Shown here: piece by piece, positions 26,601 to 38,172 of the stretch
Layout: each line of letters begins with the position of its first letter
Numbering within the stretch: position 1 is the stretch's first letter
NCBI GenBank assembly: GCA_020137815.1
Contig: CM035360.1
Span: 4,154,001-4,218,000, forward strand
DNA from: Hormiphora californensis
Taxonomy: Eukaryota; Animalia; Ctenophora
Reading direction: 5' to 3'
DNA length: 64,000 nt
Notes under the pieces: model-generated
The model's database searches: none
What the model saw: only the letters and a program-made list of their open reading frames with translations
Told to the model about the DNA's origin: nothing
Translations under genes and position numbers: made by a program

Positions 26601-28035
26601 ACGGGGTACCTGAGATACTCCACCTAGATGGATCGGAATATATCGAAATACACATGACGTGTTCAATAACATTTACCTCGACGTATTCACTATAAACAGC
26701 CTTTGCCATTAACTCTGAGTAGGGATGGTACCACGTGTCAATGAACCTGTACCCCTGGACTTTCAGGAAGTTTACCATCGCCTGCGCCTCATTTTCCTCA
26801 GTATCAATCATAGAGAACATGGTGGGGAACTGGCTCTGGAGAGAGATTAGAAAATGGTGAGGAACTGGAGAGAGATGTGGGTTAGAACGTGGTGAGGAAC
26901 TGACTCTGGAGAGAGATGTGGGCTAGAACAATAGAACATAGTGGGGAACTGGATGTGGGTTGATGTGGGTTGATGTATATTATGGAAGGAAAGAAAGAGA
27001 AGGTCTATTTTTAAATCAAGAAAAAATGGGATGATTGTTTTTATGTTGCTTTTAATTTTATTCGATAAATTATTCAACAATCAGTAAATTATAAAAGCTA
27101 AAGTCCTAATAAGAGATAAATTGTTTGTAGCCTACAGACTGTACATATTCTTGAGCCGCCTGACACTTTGATTATAAACAATTCAAAGAGAGGTACAGTC
27201 GGACCCCGATTTACCGGAACCCCGATTTACCGGGAGGATAAATTTCCCCTGATCTAGAAAATTAACGGTATTTGACCCCGATATACCGGGCACCCCGATT
27301 TACCGGGCAAATCCCTTTCCCCCGAGCATCCCGGTGAATCGGGGTCCGACTGTATCCGGAATAAGAGTGCTGACTTGCTCAACGGCCCGAATGACGACGC
27401 ATACTCGCTGCCTAGCCTCCCCGATTTGGGTTTTAACACAAAACATTAGGTCTGTACTTGATGCGATGTGAGCCACACAGATCGGTACTAACCTCATCTA
27501 ATAGATCATCGTCTGCGTAGATGTAGGTGAAGGTCGGGAGATGAACAGAAGTTGGGTTTCCGGCCGCTGCCTCTACGAATATCTTCTTGCCCGGACCCAG
27601 GACACCCAGAACAGACTCGTCACTAGAGACAAGGCTGCCTATCTGCCGAGCTAGGGGTATATCCGAACATCTGTGGAAGAGAAGACAGTTGATAAATTGG
27701 TATGAGATAATATATCTAGTTTTGAAGGAATTCTTGGCCGCTCACAATTAGGCTCCTAGAAAAACCATTATTTTTACCATGACTGTGAATCCTAAATCGA
27801 ATCAATGAGATCGTTAGAAGCAGTACTGCTCATCGAATCAACGAGATCGTTAGAACTTTGAAAATAGTACTGCATGACTTACAGAGAGTAAACCTTGTAG
27901 CCCAACGTTAAGCCGCCAGGTAGTGCAGTGTTCTGTTCAAGATAGAGCGCAAAGGCAACCATCCTCTGGTACTCCCAATACCCATCAGTGTTCCCGGCGT
28001 ATCCATCTCCTGTGAGGTGAGATTGTTACTTTAAC

Positions 28036-28090
<55 letters not shown>

Positions 28091-28635
28091 AGAGAGAGAG
28101 ATAGAGAGAGAGAGAACGACTCTGAAAGTTTAGATCGTACAACGAATAGTACGTAAGGTTGGTAACACAGATACCCTTACAACTCCCACGTGAAGCGCGG
28201 CAAAACAACTCGAGTGAGGTGACTGAGCCACGATCACGTAAGGGTATGACGATAGTAACTAGGGATAAAATGTTAAATGTGAACCTGTATGCTGACAAAT
28301 TGTTGTTGTTACATTATCCTCTCCTGTCACATCCACAAGTGATCCGAGGTTGAATATTCCTGCTATGTAGTAATCACCTGTGTGTGTGTGTGGCAAACAA
28401 ATGTGACATTGAATTTATAAAACGGGGTACTGATCATGATTTGAATATATCAGGGCTTAAAATTTATATATCCAAACATGAAGTTGAATAGTTAGTTATC
28501 TCTATTAGAGTTTGGGCTTGTTTTATTACCTTCTAACTGAAGAATTGGGGCCAGGAGGCTTTCATCGGGACATGAAAATGCAGTAGAGGAGTGGGTGAAG
28601 GTATGTAGAAGAAGTATTACCAGTAACGTAAACAT
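23621..28635 (-). CDS. Class C GPCR (metabotropic glutamate receptor-like), ~971 aa. Exons 28635-28530, 28377-28285, 28009-27883, 27670-27493, 26835-26677, 26496-26400, 26289-25992, 25478-23621
   Basis: Signal peptide MFTLLVILLL. Venus flytrap motifs GDYYIAGIF, ALPGGLTLGYKVYSLCSD, VLGVLGP, QFPTMF..EAQAMVNFL. Cys-rich domain. 7TM region with PVIKAADP and RRFPHNFRET. Exon lengths sum to 2916 nt in frame; the donor at 28284 is weak. Confidence 0.88.
25480..25725. repeat. Intronic minisatellite gatatatctggttaggtgtctccatggg
   Basis: About 5 degenerate units abutting the acceptor of the last exon. Confidence 0.85.
27196..27352. mobile_element. MITE family D, short form (157 bp), TA TSD
   Basis: TA|cagtcggaccccgat ... 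atcggggtccgactg|TA. Confidence 0.9.
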
Positions 28636-28931
28636 GGGGAGCTATAGAGGGAATTTGAAAGTGGTTAATGAAGTATTAGGAACCCGTTAATTGTTCATCT
28701 TATTTCAGTGGCTAGTATTAATTAAGTAAGAGTTCTCCTTGTGAATTACTTATTCAATAAGTGGCAGCGTAGTATCAAATCGCGTGTCGAGAATTACACT
28801 GTCCAAAAGCAGCGTTTGTGACTATCATATGACTTGACAATACGCTTCATAGTAAATCGAATAATCAAACCTAAAGTCTAAAGGATTTGTTCTGCTGCAG
28901 GAAGGAAATTCATGACAAACAATGTCTCTGT

Positions 28932-28974
28932 AGTTTTAAACTTTTCAACACAACTTATAAAATAATTATTTTAG
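28932..28974 (+). other. Spliced-leader-like sequence (degenerate), not followed by a GT donor
   Basis: agttttaaacttttcaacacaacttataaaataattattttag resembles, from memory, the ctenophore SL exon (..CTTTTCAACACTACTTTAAACAAATTAATTTGAG). Confidence 0.45.
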
Positions 28975-29991
28975 CATCTAAGATGCTTTTTAAAATTCAA
29001 TGTGTTTTCTTTTGTTGCCGCATGCAAATTTCACATTAAAAATAGGCTATCTAGGCCGCAAAAAGCATTGACCTCTCAAGGCTAATTCGGAAAATAGTGC
29101 AATGTCTTGGTGATGCGCGGCTAGTGTAGGGGTGGCCGCGTCACCAATGCAATGTCCAAAAAATTGAAAAAGAGAAAATTTAATAAAATAAATATTTCGA
29201 ATTCTGTCCTGACGCCAAATTGAAAAATGCTTTTAGATACAAATTGCTAAAATGCTTTTAGACCTTAATGGCCATGGCCCAATATTGATATTATTTGCCA
29301 TAAAACGTTTTTGAAAGCAAATTAAAAGGAGGATCTTGCTGGTACATTAACAATAAATACACGTCCAAATAAAAGTGTGCTTCTACAAATAATTATCCCT
29401 TACCAGAGGTTTGAGCTCAGAGAATTCGCTTTATGTTGTACAGAAAATAAAAAATCTTTTTTTTTAAAACTTATTGACGCACTAAGGAAACATACTATGA
29501 ACTGCCTTCAGCCTTGCTCGACCCTGTTTCCCGTGCCCCGGGTTAGAACATTATAACAACTGTGCAGTGGGATGCAGAGTATGACCCAGTGCAAATATCG
29601 TCTGAAGCTGCTTAAAATTAGTTTGGAGCAAAAAAGGAAGCAAAAAGATGTGGCAGATAAAATGAAATAGTTTGTGATTCATAAAAACCTTCAAAATAAG
29701 GTTGTTTTAGCCAAAAAGTTAGCTTTTGGAAACCGAGTATAGGTGCGTTCGCTTATCCCAAAAAAAATATTTTGGTTTCCCCGGATGAAATGGAGAGTTG
29801 CATCGAATAGACAAAAAGATAACAAGATCGAACTGATACAAAGATTGTAACGATTATAATCGTGATCTATAAAAATATTTAATCGATTAAATCTTTTTTC
29901 TGTCAGAGTATTCGCTTGAACTGCGGCATGGCAGATATAGATCACGACACGGTACCAACTGCCAGTACGACACTTAAAATTATACAGATTA

Positions 29992-30163
29992 CAGTCGGAC
30001 CCCGATTTACCGGGATGCTCAGGGGAAAGGGTTTTGCCCGGTAAATCGGGGTGCCCGGTATATCGGGGTGAAATACCGTTATTTTCCCCTATCGGGGGAA
30101 TTTTATCCTCCCGGCAAATCGGGGTTCCGGTAAATCGGGGCCCGGTAAATCAGGGTACGACTG
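29992..30163. mobile_element. MITE family D, short form, opposite orientation to 27196
   Basis: TA|cagtcggacccc ... gggtacgactg|TA. Confidence 0.85.
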
Positions 30164-32705
30164 TATACATATGTAGTTAGTGCATTATTATTTATTTCTT
30201 AGAACTGACTATCATTTATATTGGTTATTCAGCTATTGCAACATGGCGAACAAAATAACGAGTCTATCGGCCGCCTAGATAGTATTATCAATAAATATTA
30301 TTCAAATATTATCAAAGGATGCTGCGTCAGTGCGTCGCCCATTATATATAACTACGGTGTATATCCCTCTTTACACATGACTCCTTCTCTACAATAGTGG
30401 GTGCAGTGCTCGATGAGGGAGCACACAGGCGTGGAAAGCATGAAAGAGCGTCAATATACCGTATGATAATTATACACCGTGTTTACTGTTTACAGGATAC
30501 CCAAAGTATAAAATGGATTATGGGCGAAATTCCAAAACCCAAGAGAAGTGAACTTGAAGCTGCAATCGTTTGGAGGGTCCTGACTACAATTCTAAGTTCT
30601 AACTTATTGCTATAATTGTCATACATACAGGAGAACGGACACCTCACATATTGCATTCATAACCTGCTCTTTACTTTTATAAATAGCCCGTAATATATTA
30701 TGTATTTATGATGATCCTATAGGCTATATATCGTGCTGCAAGACACGGCCAAGCGACTGCACGTGTTACAGGTACTACAGGTACTCATGGCCTGCCAAGG
30801 GATTGAACAAAAAAACTCATGGCATCGTTCCTTTAAATAAGACGGAAGATGTAGGAACACATTATGTTCATGAAGCGAAAATACATGGTTCTAGAGTTGG
30901 AGTTTTATACTATTGACTAGACTTATTTTCCCTGCAATCCTTTCTGTATTGCTGATAAATAATACGTAATTACTAATGACTAGGGTAATTTAATGATGCT
31001 CTAGCTGATTGACTACTAACTATAAAAACCCTTCTCCCAGTAGTAGCATGAGAGTCTTGCCCGATCAGTCGCTTGTCAAAGACTTGGGTATATTATTGTC
31101 TAGTTTAGAATCTACCCACCACTATCTATTATGAACGGTATTTTACTACTTGAAGAATGGGGATAATCAGGAGTTATTGAAGAATGGGGATAATCGCAGG
31201 AGTTATAGTAGACTCTTTGTTCAGTAACTCCTAGCTAGACTATAGCTCTACCAACAAGCAAGATGAGATCTCGGTGTGAGGCAGATGATCGAGCAAGGCA
31301 CTGGCAAGTTATCGAGTGATATATCAGATAAGTTATAACCCTTAGTTTAAACCCTTATGTTTTAATTTGCTATAAGTTTACTTTCTTCGTCAGGTTCCCC
31401 CTGCGGATAAGCCCTACACACAATAGGATAAATTATATAGACCACTAACAATAATTAAAGAAAAGAAAATTTAGCAATTGATCTACCGAACTCTCACAGA
31501 TGCAGAGAGTGCTCGTTTATATGAAATAAAATGGCGGTAAGCGGGAAAACGGACGGTTTACGATTTTCAAGTTCGGTTCGGTTTATGAAGGCCAAAAAAA
31601 ATTATTGGTTCGGCTTATGGAATATGGAGGTCAATTTTTTCCGGTTCGGTTACTCGGTTAGGTCTATTATTGCTGAAAAACAGTTCGGTTCGGTTCGGAT
31701 AAACCACCCGTTTCCTAGGTGGGCCACGCAATTTAGCAGTAACAGAAATAATTAATGTCAGATGTATATTTACAGAATTTGCCAGTTTAATTGTCACCTC
31801 AAAATGCTCCGTGTAGTACATACAAATAATTATCATACACGTGCTATGCATAATTACCATATGTAATACAGACGCACGTGTTAACATATATGATCAATAT
31901 TTAAAGTGCCACAGGGTATTGATCTCTTTTTCTCTTAGATTAATTTCTCTGAAAGAGAAAGAGAAAAAGAGACAGAGAACCGGCTAACTTTAAGAGAAGT
32001 GAAAGAGAAATTTACTGAGAGAGAGGGCTCTTCCAGCGAAAAATGGCTCTTCCAGCGAAGGATGAGAAGGATGGGCGCGTTAATGGCTATAAATGGGCCC
32101 ATTTTTACCAGAAATGGTCGCACGACCTTTACTAGGGCTAGGGAAAGAAAGGACAAGTTTCCCCAAATCGTGTCTCATATCGTCTATCACTCCTAATTCC
32201 CCGAATCATGTATCGTATCCGACCTGCCCAAATGAATATTGAATATATATTTCTGGGCGTATATCCCTTTACTTTAGTGCCTCTGAGAACAAGAAACAAC
32301 CCATTCAAAATATATGTTAGATTTTATCTAGGGATAATAGAAAATACACCACGTGACATGGGAGAGAGCTTGAAAGCATAAATGGCCATGGCCTATAATA
32401 ATGGTCCACACTTTAATAAAGTGAGCACTTAGGACGATTTCTTATGAAAAAGTTGTCTGCTAGAGTTTTCCCTCAGCCCTCACTATTGAATCAGATCAAT
32501 GAAGACAGAGTATGCCACTTGTTCATTGTATAATAGGGGTTCAAAATAATTACATGAATCATTTTACATTGTGTTCATAAGATGTTCAACTATGAGTTTA
32601 TGAAGTTTCAGCCAAAATCATCCAGCCGCTAAGGATCGCAAGCGGTTTTTGTAAAATAGTGGAAAATTGTAAAAAATTGTAAAAAATTTATGAAAATTGA
32701 TAAAA

Positions 32706-33333
32706 TTACTAAGCAAATTGTGTGACAGAGGTCACCTAGCAACTACACTTGCACGTGCAATTATTAGAGGGACCTGGAGATCTCTCTTCCGGTTGCAGTT
32801 GGGTACCAAGAGGAAATTCAATTCTGCACGTGCATTCTTTTACTTCTGTCCTGATGTCTAGCTCTTCCACCCCAAGCGCTATTCGGCAACGGTTATATGG
32901 GTCCAGAAGATCTGCTGCTGTCAGAGAGCAGGCTAGAGAATATGACAGATTACGCCAACGTGTTCAAGCGAGCCAATCAACGGCTACTGATTACTCCAGT
33001 CGAATATAGAAATCTCCGAATCGGCTACATAGCGGCCAAGTTTTCACGTGATGAGTTTCTGGAACAGCACTGCACCTTCGTGACATTGATCTCTTAAATT
33101 CGGACCTTGACATTGTCAGGAAGCCCAGAGCGTACTTGGTTACGAAGTCACCCCTATTATTGCATATGTGAGCTAGCGCAGAGGGGGAATTTCATTACCA
33201 AAGAGCGTACAACAACATGAGTAGGGAGAAAGTGAGAGATAGGCTAGGAACGGATGGTGCAGGTGATGTCAGCGTTCCCTAATCCAGCTACCATTTCCCC
33301 GAAATTCGCCCGTAGGGCGAACGGGCCTACTAG
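32706..33333 (+). mobile_element. Non-autonomous Helitron, copy 2, carrying a micro-MITE
   Basis: Reverse complement of 17485-18073; 3' hairpin plus CTAG|T. Confidence 0.75.
33136..33201. mobile_element. Micro-MITE family A (66 bp), perfect 9-bp TSD
   Basis: agagcgtac|ttggttacgaa...ttcattaccaa|agagcgtac; Helitron copy 1 has the empty site with a single agagcgtac (~17612-17620, minus strand). Confidence 0.92.
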
Positions 33334-33496
33334 TTGATAAAATTAAATTGTTAAAAATTGTGGTAACTATACCCTCAACATTTGCAGGACTATCTCTTGC
33401 CCTAGCACCGAAAATTGGCCTCCAGGACACCCCCAATAGCCGGGTCAAAGTGATTTATAAGCGTAACTTAAAGTTTATAAAACAATATTCCGAATA

Positions 33497-34361
33497 CAGT
33501 CGGACCCCGATTTAACGGCCCCCGATTTAGCGGCACCCCGATTTAACGGCAGGATAAATTTCCCCCAAAAATTTTTTGAAATTTTTTTTGAAAATTTTTC
33601 AAAAATTTTCAAAGGTGTAACCACGTCCGAATCGTGTTTCGAATCGGTGCACCTTATTGCATTTCTTGCCGGTAATTAGACGGTTCGAAACGAACATATA
33701 TGTGATCCCCATGAGGCCCATCGAGTCGCAATTTTGACGCTTGTTAAACTGGCCCCATGGGGATCACGTATCGGTTAGTTTCGAACCGTCTAATTAGCGA
33801 CAGGACGTGCGATCAGATGCACTGATTCGAAACACGATTCGGACGTGGTTTATATACCTTTGAAAAATTTTCATTACTTTTTTTTGCAAAATTCTAAAGA
33901 ATGATTGTCAATGCTTTGATCGGTGCTCCCCATGAATTTTCAGAGGAAAATATATTTTGAAATTCGAATTCTCCCTCACCCCGCTTAAAGTGCCAAGATT
34001 CGGCATGGTATCACGTATCGGTTCGTTTCGAACCGTCTAATTAGCAGCAAGACATGCGATAAGATGCACTGATTCGATAAACGATTCGGACGTGGTTGAT
34101 ATGTAGTATGTACCTTAGAAAATTTTATAACTTTTTTGAAATTGAAAAAAAATTATTTTCTTTTTCCAATCAGAAAATAGAAATGATCATGTAATCAATA
34201 CATGGACATTGAATTTAACACTTAGAGGTATTTTAGTAGAGCATTTTGGACAAAAATAGGGTTTTATGGGCCAAATATGCTCTACCCCGATTTAACGGAC
34301 ACCCCGATTTAACGGACAAAACCCTTTCCCCCGAGGGTGCCGTTAAATCGGGGTCCGACTG
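33497..34361. mobile_element. MITE family D, long form, TA TSD
   Basis: Same termini and interior as 13334-14134. Confidence 0.9.
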
Positions 34362-35154
34362 TATTTACTAAAATCACCTTGTAGGGTGTTTATTTAGTGT
34401 TCAACTACGAGTACGAGTATATGAAGTTTCAGCCAAAACCATCGAGCCGTTTTGCTGCAGGAAGGGTTTTTGTGAATTGTGGAAAATTGTAAAAAATTGT
34501 AAAATATTTTGGTAAATAGATGTCACGATGGTAAATAGATGTCACGATTCGACAGCTGCAGGTCTAGCCATGGTTCTATTAACGGAAATTGGCCCAGAGG
34601 ACATCTCCATGGACTTGGACAATGATTCATTTGCCCATCTTGAAATTTTTGAAATAGCAACCCCATTAAATGTATAATAGTACATATACATTAAATGTAT
34701 AATAGTATACATTTTCAACGGTTACTGGTCAAAACCATAAATAATTCAACCAAAAAATGATAAAACACTCAAAAAGTGATACAGGCATGTACAGGAATGT
34801 TAGATCAGGTGGACGTCTCAATTGTGGGATTTGAAGATTGCGCTTTCTTGAGGCATAGGTCGTTGGTCCTTCCCCATGTTACCACGTCTTAAGGCTGACA
34901 TCAACATTAAGGTTGATGCAGCAGAGGGAAATACCTTGTGTCTTGGCACCGTACAAGATTTTGATTTGGTAGAGAAGTACCATTTCAATAAAGACCTTTC
35001 CAAACGATACAGTAACTTAGTACTCGTAGTCTGTAGTAAGATAAACTATTCTGTATTCGTTTCACCTTGGGCACAACAAGTAATCCCTTGTACGTAGCGT
35101 CTCCGAGGGGCTTGGTAGCTCCGCTGCCAACGTTTTACCGGACATGACAGATGA

Positions 35155-35196
35155 TCTCTCTCTCTCTATATCCATCTATCTATCTCTCTCTCTCTC

Positions 35197-35287
<91 letters not shown>

Positions 35288-35293
35288 CTCTCT
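35155..35293. repeat. (CT)n/(CTAT)n microsatellite
   Basis: Seen directly. Confidence 0.9.
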
Positions 35294-36366
35294 GTCTCAT
35301 TCTGATTCTCTGATCTCTATTATTTACAATAATTGAGTTCTCGTTAAACTAACAGCTCAACAGTAATCACAATTTAAAGGTCTGTATTCTTATATAGACA
35401 AACCGGTCCTAATTTGTTGAGTAACAAGTCCTAATGGGGCAATTGCCTCCTAATGGATTATACAGATCTGTAGAACGGTGCTTTCTGTTGAATGGCATCA
35501 AACGACCAAACGTGCCTCGCTCTTGATCTATAACTGTCATCATCATGCTACCCGGAAGAGGTTTTGTCAAAAACGAGACGAATGGTTCAACCTTGCTCGA
35601 CCATCTCTCTAATTCAACTTCGCACAAAACAATATCAAGCAAAGAACTAAATCGTTTCCCAGCCCCTTCTTTCCGATTTCCCATGTCAATTGACCACTAG
35701 ATTGCTATGGTGACTGATTCGGAAAATTCCGCTCTGAAATATTCACTGCTCTTGGGAAGAAAAACAGTTGTGTAATTTTGCTATGTACAAATAAGACGGA
35801 AAATGGAAATGTGACACCCTCCCACATACCGTTGATCGAACGAATCACATTCGAGGGATCAGATCCGAAGACAAGCAAAAAGAGAAAATGGAATTAGATT
35901 TACAGCAATCGGAGAAAATAAAGGCTCGCATCGGTCTATATTATATAACAATATAGGCTAGCCAAGAAAGCAAAAGCTTCAAGTTGAACTAATCCACTTT
36001 GAAGTAGTCTAGATAGAAGTAGAAGTAGAGCTGAAAGATAAAGTAGTGAATACCATTATAATTAGCACTCGAGCCGGGAGAGAGACAGAGACAGAGACAG
36101 AGACAGAGACAGAGACAGAGAGGAGAAGAAAGTAGTTGACCATAAAATTGTGATCGATAAGATCGCTCTGTTTGCTAACTTATAGTACTTACATAGTAGT
36201 AAATTAAAATTATGTGTGCCGCTCGCTCCGCAGTCCGCTGCGCCTATGTCGGATCTGTTGTACCAAACAGTAGTTCAAATTCAGTAATCGTATATTCGTA
36301 CGTCTGCTGTTTGATTTTTTTAATATATGATCTTAGTCCGAATACATTTTCCATTTTTCTTGACTA

Positions 36367-37120
36367 ACGGGTGACAACTAAAAATTGTTACTAATTTAAA
36401 ACAGCTGTATAATTTTTCCCTTTTGAGATACAGCTTCGGGCCAGTGATAGAACGATTTTTCAGACAATTTTGAATCAGAAAAACATAACGGCGATGACTA
36501 AAACGTTCATTCTCATAGCGATATCGGATCATTTCCTCTTGCCCCACCAAAGTATATAGTCCGTGAAATCTACACGTTTTTCTAGCACCTCTAGCGCCTG
36601 TTCTAGTCGAAATACAGCTTCGGGACAGTGATAGAATGATTTTTCAGACAATTTTGAACGAAATTAACTTTGCTTCAAACTTCATAAATCTCAATTCCTG
36701 ATCAGAATCTTCTGTAACAAAGCGTAGTTTACAGGTAATTTGAGAAATCGCCATTTCGACATCTCTCGAAACATTAATGACCGTGGAAACCCAACTTCCT
36801 AATCAGCCAAAATCTTCAAACTTGGCAGTTATGTTGGTTATGGCATGAACAACCAGACTTCCAATTATGAGAATTCTATCTCATCGGAAGGTCGTTTCTG
36901 ATAACATAGAAATTTCAAATCTCCGTACTATATGCTTTGGTGGGGCAAGAGGAAATGATCGGGTATCGCTATGAGAATGAACGTTTTAGTCATCGCCGTT
37001 ATGTTATCATGATTCAAAATTGTCTGAAAAATCGTTCTATCACTGGCCCGGAGCTGAATCTCAAAAGGGAAAAATTCTACAGCTGTTTTAAATTAGTAAC
37101 AATTTTTAGTTGTCACCCGT
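36367..37120. mobile_element. MITE with ~190-bp TIRs, TA TSD
   Basis: TA|acgggtgacaactaaaaattgttac ... gtaacaatttttagttgtcacccgt|TA. Confidence 0.88.
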
Positions 37121-38172
37121 TACTTTGTCGCTTTTATAGTAATGCACTTGTTTGCAATCAGATATCTATTTGAGATTCATAGGTTAAAATTATCCTGGAT
37201 CGTTCTATTTAATTTCCGTGCTTCGTGTTTTTAATGTGACTTTGCGGTGTAATTCTCTCCCTCTATCCACTATGCGACCACTTAACTTATCAAATTGATC
37301 TGCCGCTTATGTACTTTGACTCACTGATGTTAAACGCGTCCTTTGCTTATCTAAGGAGGCCTGATCTTCAATCCAGGTTGATTTAGTAGACTCTCCCTAA
37401 ATCGATCCATTGTGTTTTAATAAATCTAGACTCTCCCTATAATACTAGGCCTATCTCGATCCAGAGTTTTCAGCAAATCCAGAGTCTTTATTCCAGAGAT
37501 TTTAGTTAATATATTGTCTTCACTCCAGAGTAAACCCTTTTTCTACTCTCACATTGGTGAATCAGGGGGGGGGGGGCATTTTAAACCTTACCCAAGTCAC
37601 AACTAAGTGAGCCTTGTAACTATATCCCTCCCTTTCTCTCTCTCTCCTCCGTTTAAAATTGTCTACGGCTAAAGCTTATTTGTGCATCATATCTCTCTCT
37701 TCAGTCACGTGTCCATGGTAACTACAGGCCTGTAGTACATCATTCTGCTTTCTCTTCATAGCTCTCTCTTTTTACTATCCTTCTCTCCCTCTGTCTCTCT
37801 ATATCTCCCTCCCTCCCTCTATCTCTCCCACTCTCTCTGTTCACTATCTTTCTCTCCCTCTTTCTCTCCCTCTCTCCTTTTCTCTGTTAGTAGGAAACTT
37901 CTCTTATCCTCCCTGGATTGGCCTGCAGCAACAGATTGAACGTTCAATATATGTATGTAGCTTTATAGTAAAGCCTGTACTGAGCTTTACTCTGCTGAAG
38001 ACGGAAGTCCTTAACCCATTACTTGCCTTCTCTCCACTTGTTGTGCACTGTAGAACACCGATAACTGAATATATATCGTGTACTGATATAACGTACATAT
38101 TATATTGATAACAATTGTTGTTGTAGCATCTGATAACAGATATTGTTGTATTGTGACAAGTTGTGAGGAGGT

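Noticed and set aside
29048-30282. Possible element bounded by ctatctaggc inverted repeats
   Set aside because: Only a 10-bp match and no TSD; insufficient support.
30785-30812. tRNA T-loop-like gttcaatcc on the minus strand
   Set aside because: No cloverleaf or A box can be built around it.
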